A stretch of 56,368 nucleotides of DNA, taken from the IMG/VR virus record IMGVR_UViG_3300032323_000661, positions 1 to 56,368 of that record. One strand, given 5' to 3'. A program made the position numbers and the translations under genes. A model generated the notes under the pieces. The model did not search any database and was not told the origin of the DNA. It saw only the letters and a list, made by a program, of their open reading frames with translations. This DNA is from a virus. Lineage: Duplodnaviria; Caudoviricetes. This document shows, in pieces, positions 9,216 through 16,207 of the stretch; positions within the stretch are counted from its first letter, which is position 1; each line of letters begins with the position of its first letter.

Positions 9216-10289
9216 TTACCTCGTGTACACCGAAATGTTCGGTGCCCAGTAGATTGGGGACTTGTCGCGCTCCTCCTGCTCGGCCTCTTCGAACGTCTTG
9301 GACGCCTGCCCGTCCAGGTACTGGATGCGGGCCATTTCGACAGTAGGCAGGATGAGGCTCATCCGGTGAGCCAGCATGTTCTGAATCGCGAGATACCAGC
9401 GGTCGGGGATCGCGAGCGAGCCGGACAATGCGCCGACATCCTCGACTTGGCACGAGTACCAGACGGTCATTTGCACGAACGGACTGGAGGGCACGGGCCA
9501 CAGGTAGATGCTGGGCTGTGGGATGGTGCGATCGAACCAGAACTGATAAGGCTGATTCGCGGTGAAATTCTTGTTCGGCAGATTGGTGTAGTCGTCGCGG
9601 TTCAGACGGCTCATCTGGACTTCGCGGCTATTATTACCCCAATACAGTTCACGGAGCGCAAGGACGGCCCCTCCCGTGACTCGGACGCGGTATCCGCGCA
9701 CGGTCTCGCCGGGTTCGACATCGATCCAGATCCACCGGCCATCGGTCACGACCGTAGGTCCGAGGCTTTCGAGGGTGTTCCAAGTCACCATGTCGGAGCT
9801 GTACTCGACGACGAGGTTCCAAGTGGCGCTGCCGCCACCGGCGACGTAGGGCAGGAGACCCACGGAGCCGACGTACACCGGGTTGTTGACGCCGAAATCG
9901 GTCGAAATATGCCCGTTCGCGGTGGTCTGCTGGCACCACGTGTCGATATCTCCGTCGAACGCGAGTGCTACGTCGCCACCCGCCGAGCTGGTGTTGGTAC
10001 CGGTGGGGCGGTTAATAGTGCGGTAAAGCACGTTGAGGGCATCGACCGACCCAAGCGGGAGGTTGTAAACGTATTTGTCGGGGTTCAGACCTATTGCGGT
10101 CTTCTTGATCGCGAAATACTGGATGCCCTTGTTGATCAGCGAGGACAGGAGGTAGAACAGCTGGCGCTTGGCCGAGTCCACCTGCTCCACTGTGAGTTCT
10201 TCGGCGAGTTTCCCGCATGCACGAGCAGCATCATCGATCAGCTCTTGGACCGTTATGGTGGTTTGTCCGACTGTTCCAGATGTGCTCAT
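9216..10289 (-). CDS. Head-tail connector / tail tubular A-like protein with inserted beta domain
   Basis: RDDYTNLPNK...P.QFWFDR...YLWPVP motif; central AFDGDIDTW...VEYSSD discoidin-like insert. Confidence 0.6.
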   Translation of the reverse strand: MSTSGTVGQTTITVQELIDDAARACGKLAEELTVEQVDSAKRQLFYLLSSLINKGIQYFAIKKTAIGLNPDKYVYNLPLGSVDALNVLYRTINRPTGTNTSSAGGDVALAFDGDIDTWCQQTTANGHISTDFGVNNPVYVGSVGLLPYVAGGGSATWNLVVEYSSDMVTWNTLESLGPTVVTDGRWIWIDVEPGETVRGYRVRVTGGAVLALRELYWGNNSREVQMSRLNRDDYTNLPNKNFTANQPYQFWFDRTIPQPSIYLWPVPSSPFVQMTVWYSCQVEDVGALSGSLAIPDRWYLAIQNMLAHRMSLILPTVEMARIQYLDGQASKTFEEAEQEERDKSPIYWAPNISVYTR

Positions 10290-10298
10290 TGGGGTCCT

Positions 10299-10709
10299 TT
10301 ACCAGCCCGGGCAATTCCAGCGCTTGAGAGATGCGGCTTTACGGGTTGGACGGCCTTTTTCGTCTTTCAAAGGCCCGGGGTTGCCCGCCATCCGAGCGCA
10401 GAATGAATCCTTTCGAGGCCCTCCTTGGGGCTGCGGGGCTTTCAGATTGCTTCCGGTCTCCCGATTATACTTTTCCCGACCCTTCTTTGTCAATCCAGCG
10501 CCCTTTTCGGCGGGTAGCTTCTCGCCTCGACCCACCGAAAGACTTACGGAGCCACCCTTTGCCCTGCGTTCGGGCAGTTTCGGGTAGCTCTCGTTGCTCG
10601 ACGTGTACTCCGCTGCCGCCTTCCGGGACATTCCGACCCGCTTGGCGACCTTTGGATCGTTCTCGACCGCCTTCATGAGGCGAAATTGGGCTCTGGAGAC
10701 TGCTGGCAT
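10299..10709 (-). CDS. Basic virion-associated protein (two small domains; DUF6321-like C-terminus)
   Basis: MPAVSRAQFRLM... joined through RAKGG to GLTKKGR...RKDSFCARM...LKRWNC. Confidence 0.6.
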   Translation of the reverse strand: MPAVSRAQFRLMKAVENDPKVAKRVGMSRKAAAEYTSSNESYPKLPERRAKGGSVSLSVGRGEKLPAEKGAGLTKKGREKYNRETGSNLKAPQPQGGPRKDSFCARMAGNPGPLKDEKGRPTRKAASLKRWNCPGW

Positions 10710-10711
10710 GA

Positions 10712-10996
10712 TCAGCCGCAGAATACCGTGATTCTTGCGTTCGCGGGCAAAGTGATGTGGATATTCGTGGTGAAACGAATACCATTACCGGGCAACAGCG
10801 TGGACAGTGCGTTCGTGGGCGCTGTAGCAATGTTAAACCTCAGTCGTTCGGTACCGGAAGCACCACCGTCGCGGAAAACGATGTCTCCTGCTGTACCACC
10901 GGGCAAGATTTGGTAACCGCCAAGATTGGTTGGCCCGTTGTAAATAACGCCGGTTGACTCCAGGTGCGCGGCAAATACGTTCGTCAATGTAGACAT
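10712..10996 (-). CDS. Small structural protein
   Basis: 94 aa, GGAG RBS, beta-rich, located between capsid and tail genes. Confidence 0.65.
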   Translation of the reverse strand: MSTLTNVFAAHLESTGVIYNGPTNLGGYQILPGGTAGDIVFRDGGASGTERLRFNIATAPTNALSTLLPGNGIRFTTNIHITLPANARITVFCG

Positions 10997-11017
10997 TTAA
11001 AATTCTCCGATAAAGGA

Positions 11018-11035
11018 CGGGGGCCGAAGCCCCCG
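11018..11035 (-). terminator. GC hairpin with C(UUCG)G loop
   Basis: CGGGGGC-TTCG-GCCCCCG followed by TCCTTTAT, just after the 11043 stop. Confidence 0.6.
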
Positions 11036-11042
11036 CTCTAGG

Positions 11043-11795
11043 TCAGCAGACCCGACCACCCTTTTTGAACGTTCCCGAAAGTTCGGAAATCGCCACAGGT
11101 TTGCTCGGAGCTTTCTTGGGCATCGCTACGGCATGGCCCGAGTCATTTACGACTCGACCCCCCGTAGCAAAAGCTTTTTTTGCTGCACCGCCCTTCTTGT
11201 AGCCGCCAGCATTGCCCATCTTGACGTCACCAGTAGGCGCAGAATTGTGGTCAGGCTTGGCCTCCACCACTTTCGTCGTCTTGTTGGTCATCGTCTTGAT
11301 GATGCCACCCGCCTTGTAGCCACCCCGGCCATTCACCACGCCACCCGTCATGTAGCCACCGGGCTTCGTGGACTTGGCGATACCGCCAGTCTTCAGACCC
11401 TTGTGAGCCTTAGAGGCGGGCATATCGGCGTGCTTCTCCAGCGCTGCGGAAACGTCGCCGCCCTTCTTCATCACTGGACGAGCCATTGGTGCAGGAGGAG
11501 CTGCGGGACGAGCAGGACCGGTAGCCATAGAACGAGCGGGCAGAGATGCCGCACGCATAGGACGCTTCGCGGCCATAGCACGAGCAGCAGCAGGATTGCC
11601 CAAGGCGGTAGTTGGCGCGGGAGTACGGGACAAAGCGTCCATCACTCCCCCGTTCATCTTTTTTACGGGCTTGAACCCGTCCTTGGCTCCTGCGCTGTGC
11701 AGCTTGGAGTGCGTAGCGCTACCGCCCTTCTTGAGCTTGAGCTCAACGGACGGCTCAGTGGTCATCATTTTGACCATTGGTTTGAATTGGCCCAT
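11043..11795 (-). CDS. Basic, low-complexity protein with many xxxGG repeats (probable internal head protein)
   Basis: Start MGQFK at 11795 behind GGAGG; LKKGG, MKKGG, LKTGG, YMTGG, YKAGG, YKKGG, FATGG, FKKGG. Confidence 0.65.
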   Translation of the reverse strand: MGQFKPMVKMMTTEPSVELKLKKGGSATHSKLHSAGAKDGFKPVKKMNGGVMDALSRTPAPTTALGNPAAARAMAAKRPMRAASLPARSMATGPARPAAPPAPMARPVMKKGGDVSAALEKHADMPASKAHKGLKTGGIAKSTKPGGYMTGGVVNGRGGYKAGGIIKTMTNKTTKVVEAKPDHNSAPTGDVKMGNAGGYKKGGAAKKAFATGGRVVNDSGHAVAMPKKAPSKPVAISELSGTFKKGGRVC

Positions 11796-11809
11796 GGTAT
11801 TGTGCCTCC

Positions 11810-12259
11810 TCAAAGCTTCTGAGCGTAGACCACAGTGATGCGGAATACACCTTGCGTGGTAGAAATAGTGCCGTTCGGGTCAACAGTAGTCACCACCGAA
11901 GTGTTGGTGCCAATGTCGGCCATCGCGAGGCACTGTGCTGTAGTGAACGACAACGCGATACGACCGCCAGCGATCGCATTGGTAGCCGACAGGTACTGAG
12001 TACCAGCAGCGGCTGTACCAATCGTGATCGGGCAGGTAGTAGCGGTGCCGCCACCGACCACGGGAGTCACCATCGTATCGACAAAAATGTCGATGATCTG
12101 CGAACCAGCGGGCAGGACTTCGGTAGCGCTAACCGCGTTACCGTCGGCAGTGGTAGTCACCGTGATGGTTTGAGCCAAAACGACGAAACCGCCATCGACG
12201 TTATCGGTCAGCGCGGTGGAACCCGAACGAAGTGCAGTACCAAAATAGGTTTGTGACAT
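11810..12259 (-). CDS. Capsid decoration/cement-like protein
   Basis: 149 aa beta-rich with LPAGSQIIDI motif; directly after the major capsid gene. Confidence 0.55.
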   Translation of the reverse strand: MSQTYFGTALRSGSTALTDNVDGGFVVLAQTITVTTTADGNAVSATEVLPAGSQIIDIFVDTMVTPVVGGGTATTCPITIGTAAAGTQYLSATNAIAGGRIALSFTTAQCLAMADIGTNTSVVTTVDPNGTISTTQGVFRITVVYAQKL

Positions 12260-12275
12260 TTTTATCTCCTAAAGT

Positions 12276-12297
12276 AATGAGGGCCGAAGCCCCCATT
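12276..12297 (-). terminator. UUCG hairpin after the major capsid gene
   Basis: AATGGGGGC-TTCG-GCCCTCATT followed by ACTTT. Confidence 0.55.
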
Positions 12298-12302
12298 TAG
12301 GT

Positions 12303-13217
12303 TTAGACGCCGGGGGTACCGTACATCGCACGAGGATCGGTGAAGCCGATGTCGTAACGCTCTGTCGCCTTGTAGCGCATAGAGTCAGTCTCGAAATCGC
12401 CTTCCATCGTCTTCTCCAGAGCGCGACGCATCATCAGCTTCATGCCTTCTGGAGCATCGGTCTGGACCCACCACGCGTTGGGGTTAGTCAGACGGGACAG
12501 AACAGCGGCACCTTCGTCCAGCAAGCCGATAGACTTGACGGGGTTGATGTCGTTGTTGGCTGTACCGGCACGCAGCACGGACTTCAGGAGCACTTCGGCT
12601 TGGAACACGTTGCCCGGGGCGACCACCAGCTGGCGGGGCACCAAACGGATACGCTTGCCGTTGTTGTCCACCGCTTGACGGATCTGGATCAACATCTGCT
12701 CCAGCGAGGTCTGCGACAGGTTAGCCGCAGTGCCCAGCAAGTTGGAGAAGGTGCCGTTCACGATCGGGTGAGAAGCGGAGTTCAACTGCACGCCGTCGCC
12801 ACCGGGGAAGGAGGCGTTGAAAGCGCGGTTCAACACGTTGGCGGCGAGTGTTTCCTTGGTCTCGATCAGGGACTGAGCAAGGTGCTTGGCGTACACTTGG
12901 CCGATACGGATGTGGTCGCCGTCTTCCACGAGCACTTTTGTCAAGGCGAAGGCGAGGCCATACACCGAGTAGACGTAGCGCTTGAGGAACAACACACCAC
13001 CTTGCTGGTACGACACTGGAGTGCCGTCCGGCAGCTGGGGGGCTGCACCGAAACCGTACAGGACGGGTTCTTCGTGGTAGTTACGTGGGATGCCCTGCTC
13101 TTCACGGAAGACACGGGACCACTCGTCTTTACGCTGATCATACACGCCATCGAAGCACTCATTCAGAATGGGTTCGACGATGGAACGGAAGTCAGTACTG
13201 CGCATTGGGGCTGCCAT
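12303..13217 (-). CDS. Major capsid protein (HK97 fold, Mu gpT-like family)
   Basis: 304 aa; GFGAAP...G, ETKETLAANVLNRAF, GDFETDSMRYKATERY..G..DPR motifs; position in the head module. Confidence 0.9.
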   Translation of the reverse strand: MAAPMRSTDFRSIVEPILNECFDGVYDQRKDEWSRVFREEQGIPRNYHEEPVLYGFGAAPQLPDGTPVSYQQGGVLFLKRYVYSVYGLAFALTKVLVEDGDHIRIGQVYAKHLAQSLIETKETLAANVLNRAFNASFPGGDGVQLNSASHPIVNGTFSNLLGTAANLSQTSLEQMLIQIRQAVDNNGKRIRLVPRQLVVAPGNVFQAEVLLKSVLRAGTANNDINPVKSIGLLDEGAAVLSRLTNPNAWWVQTDAPEGMKLMMRRALEKTMEGDFETDSMRYKATERYDIGFTDPRAMYGTPGV

Positions 13218-13231
13218 GGTTTATGCCCTCC

Positions 13232-13834
13232 TTAGATGCCAGTGCCAGCAACACCAGCGAACTGGTATTCGGCGATCTGTGTTTGAACGATCACGAAATT
13301 ATCGCCCCATGCGTTGTCGGCATAAGGAGCAAGATTAATTACGCGCATTTGAGCCACTTGGCCAGCGGCCACCGGGGTGGCGCTCAGTGTGCACTGAGAC
13401 AGACCAGTCGTGGTAGAACCAGCGGCGGTGTTGGACAGATCGCACTCGGCACCAACGATGCTTTGCGAGACTGTACCGTCAGTCTGGATTTCGTACACGA
13501 TGTTGGGATCGCTGTAGTAGTACGCGACCACAGAGCCAGTCTGGAAGGACTCGCTACCGGGCCAGTAGTTAGAAACGCGACGACGACCTGTGCTGTCAGT
13601 CCACTCAACGCCAGCGAAGGCACCGAGGAACGCGTCACCGGCGACGGCAACGTTCAGGAAACCGGTCGTATCCATCTTGACGGGCTGACCCTTCAGGATG
13701 GTTGTAGCGTAACCGAGGTTTGTGTTTCCGCTAGTGGAAACGATTGGGATGCCGTTAGCCAGCGCAGTGGCGCGGTCCAGACCAGAGGGGTGGAACGCGG
13801 GGCGCAGACCGAACGGAGCAGAGGTTGCAGGCAT
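13232..13834 (-). CDS. Head structural/decoration protein
   Basis: APFGLRP, G.F.G.E, DP.IVYEIQ motifs; immediately upstream of the capsid gene. Confidence 0.65.
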   Translation of the reverse strand: MPATSAPFGLRPAFHPSGLDRATALANGIPIVSTSGNTNLGYATTILKGQPVKMDTTGFLNVAVAGDAFLGAFAGVEWTDSTGRRRVSNYWPGSESFQTGSVVAYYYSDPNIVYEIQTDGTVSQSIVGAECDLSNTAAGSTTTGLSQCTLSATPVAAGQVAQMRVINLAPYADNAWGDNFVIVQTQIAEYQFAGVAGTGI

Positions 13835-13864
13835 GTGCTTACTCCAAAGTAGTTCGATTTTCCG

Positions 13865-14404
13865 TCACTGGAATACAGGGACGGGCATGGGTTTGTCCAA
13901 GTCCGCGATGCCTTCACCTTCAACCATACCGAGCGGCCTGCCACGGGAATCGCGACCAATAGCAGACTCAGCCTGAACACGGATTTTATCCGCCTCATCC
14001 TGGGGTGCGTAGTGGTGCATTTCTGCCATGATGTCCTGATAGATTTCCTCAGGGATCTTGTACAGCAGCATCTCGTTGCATGCGATAAATCCAGTATGCT
14101 CACCGGCTTTAACTTTGTAGTTCTCAAAGCCCGGAACTTCTTCGATCTGCACGGGCTGATAGCCCATACGGATACGCTTGTGGATTGGATCATAGCCGTT
14201 GGTTGTCGAAAGCCAGACAACGTGGAAACCGGGGATTCCCGGTGGTGTGGGAAGGGACTCTTGCACCCACTCCGATCTGAACATCCTACGACGTTCTTGC
14301 GCGCTCGCCAGTTCCTCCGTAGCTGCACCGCGTTTGCTGTCCTGTGTTGCACGGGACTCGCGGCCACCTGCGGAAAGGTCTTTTTTCAGTCGATCGTCTC
14401 TCAT
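13865..14404 (-). CDS. Conserved head-module protein
   Basis: 179 aa; LP.PP..PG....W...GY.PV pattern; GGGT RBS. Confidence 0.7.
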   Translation of the reverse strand: MRDDRLKKDLSAGGRESRATQDSKRGAATEELASAQERRRMFRSEWVQESLPTPPGIPGFHVVWLSTTNGYDPIHKRIRMGYQPVQIEEVPGFENYKVKAGEHTGFIACNEMLLYKIPEEIYQDIMAEMHHYAPQDEADKIRVQAESAIGRDSRGRPLGMVEGEGIADLDKPMPVPVFQ

Positions 14405-14420
14405 AACTCTTTACCCCTTA

Positions 14421-15413
14421 TTACTTGGTTTGCATGCGGTCATATTCCGCATATTTACGGATCATCTTGTTGCGTTCGGCGATGTTATCCCACCGCCCCG
14501 CCTCTTTGATTGCGCGTACACGCTCGGGCGACAACCGGAACTCGCCGGGGCGAGCTGCCGGGGTTGATTCGCGTCCTGATCCTGTTACCACGCTTCGGGG
14601 TCTCCGTTCTGACGATCGACCAGATGTTTCGCCATTGCCGCTATTATAACGGTGAGGCAAGTATTTTGTCAATCTATTATCCAGCTCTTCCCAGTACTCG
14701 CCGGTTGTGGGGTCCCAGCCTTCCTTCATCAGAGCCTCGTCCACCTTGGTCGCGACTTGGGAGTCCATGTCGTCCCCGTTGGGGTCGTACCAGTCGTTCT
14801 TGGCCATCCAGTTGGACGCGTGGCGCTTGAGCACCGGGTCCGGGGCCTTGGGTACCGACTGCTTGGGCGAGCCGTTATCGACCGCCTTTTTCTTGAGCGC
14901 TTCCAGGGCCTCGACTTGACGTCGTGCCTCGTACCACGCTTCCTGCGCTTCCACCACCGCTGACCCGTCGGCCATTTCGGTCGCCTCTTTGATCTTCATC
15001 TTCGCGTATTGCAAGCGCAGATGTCCATCTTCGATCGCTTTGTCCAGTCGTGCCAGATCGGAACCGGCTGTGCGCTTTTCGAGCACGGCCAGTCGCTCGG
15101 CCATCTGCTCGTTCTGGCGCTTGAGGGACTGAATCAGGTGGTTAGATTCGCTGAGTTTCGCCTTTTGAAGCTTTTTCTTGAGCTGGCGCTCTTCGCGTCG
15201 TGCCAATCGGATCGCTTCGCGCTCCGGGTCGGCGTCCGGCGTGTTGTCGTGGTCATCGTCGTCGTGGTCGTCGGAACCCACCGAACCGCCACCGGCGTGT
15301 TCTGCGGGGTTGTCGGACGCGCCGCCGGGTACTTCCTCGGGCGGCAGATGCACGACGGCGGAACCGTCTTGCTCTTCAGCGACCTGCAGGTCCATTTTGT
15401 CTTGGGGTGTCAT
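14421..15413 (-). CDS. Probable capsid scaffolding protein
   Basis: Acidic N-terminus, long coiled coil, W...N.W motif, C-terminal LSPERV...Y helix; between portal and capsid. Confidence 0.7.
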   Translation of the reverse strand: MTPQDKMDLQVAEEQDGSAVVHLPPEEVPGGASDNPAEHAGGGSVGSDDHDDDDHDNTPDADPEREAIRLARREERQLKKKLQKAKLSESNHLIQSLKRQNEQMAERLAVLEKRTAGSDLARLDKAIEDGHLRLQYAKMKIKEATEMADGSAVVEAQEAWYEARRQVEALEALKKKAVDNGSPKQSVPKAPDPVLKRHASNWMAKNDWYDPNGDDMDSQVATKVDEALMKEGWDPTTGEYWEELDNRLTKYLPHRYNSGNGETSGRSSERRPRSVVTGSGRESTPAARPGEFRLSPERVRAIKEAGRWDNIAERNKMIRKYAEYDRMQTK

Positions 15414-15422
15414 AGGAATGCC

Positions 15423-15860
15423 TTACAGAAATGCCTTAACCTTGAGGGGGTCGCCAGTAACTTTGGCGATCACTTCGTGGTCGTTAAACACGGAGAACAG
15501 CGCGGTCTCGCCAAGGTCCACGTCGCCGTAGGGTACTTCCCAACGGTCGCCGCCCCACTTGGGCATACGCACATAATCCCCCACCTCCACCCAGTTGCCT
15601 TCCGGCCACGGTTCGAGGGTGTCGCGCTTCTTAAAAGCGAGTGGACCGATCGCGATGACTTTCGCGACTTGGTTGTTCCACTTCTCGGTCTCCTTTGTCT
15701 CCTCGACAAGGACAATACCCGCACTGGTCACGGTCTTTCGGGTGCGACGCCACTGCACCAAAATACGGCCACCGACAGGTTTAGCACCGGGATCGACATC
15801 GGGAAATGCTTCCCGCAATTCGGCTTCATTCGAAGCCACCGGCTCAGTATTATGAATCAT
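15423..15860 (-). CDS. groES: GroES-like co-chaperonin
   Basis: KPVGGRILVQ...TSAGIVL...KVIAIGP...VEVGDYV...FNDHEVIAKV matches the Cpn10 pattern. Confidence 0.88.
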   Translation of the reverse strand: MIHNTEPVASNEAELREAFPDVDPGAKPVGGRILVQWRRTRKTVTSAGIVLVEETKETEKWNNQVAKVIAIGPLAFKKRDTLEPWPEGNWVEVGDYVRMPKWGGDRWEVPYGDVDLGETALFSVFNDHEVIAKVTGDPLKVKAFL

Positions 15861-16038
15861 CGGATTCAGGTTCCTTCAAAAGGCCATTTAAGATTACCAG
15901 AGCTTCTTCAAGCCCTTGGTGCTGGCCAACTAGGCGTTGGTAGGCCTCAAAGTTCACGGCATTACCCGCGACCAGTGACTCGGCGATCGTCTTTTGACGC
16001 GACTCAATAGCACCAATGAGGTCGCTGACGTATCGCAT
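15850..16038 (-). CDS. Small helical conserved protein
   Basis: 62 aa, YQRLVG...GL motif, coupled to groES. Confidence 0.7.
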   Translation of the reverse strand: MRYVSDLIGAIESRQKTIAESLVAGNAVNFEAYQRLVGQHQGLEEALVILNGLLKEPESDDS

Positions 16039-16203
16039 TTATTTCTTCTTAGCCTGGGCCAATGCACCACCACCGCTCGACTTGCGTGCGGGTGTGCGTG
16101 CGGGCTCTTTCGCGCCCATCGAGGAACCGTCCAGCTTCGCGCCCATTGCGATGCGCTTGTGGTAGTTCACATCTTGACCCATTTGCTCTTGATTGCTTGC
16201 CAT
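16039..16203 (-). CDS. 54-aa basic hypothetical protein
   Basis: MASNQEQMGQDVNYHKRIAMG...AKKK* with AGGAG RBS; fills the portal-to-15850 gap; not in the ORF track. Confidence 0.6.
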   Translation of the reverse strand: MASNQEQMGQDVNYHKRIAMGAKLDGSSMGAKEPARTPARKSSGGGALAQAKKK

Positions 16204-16207
16204 GGCT

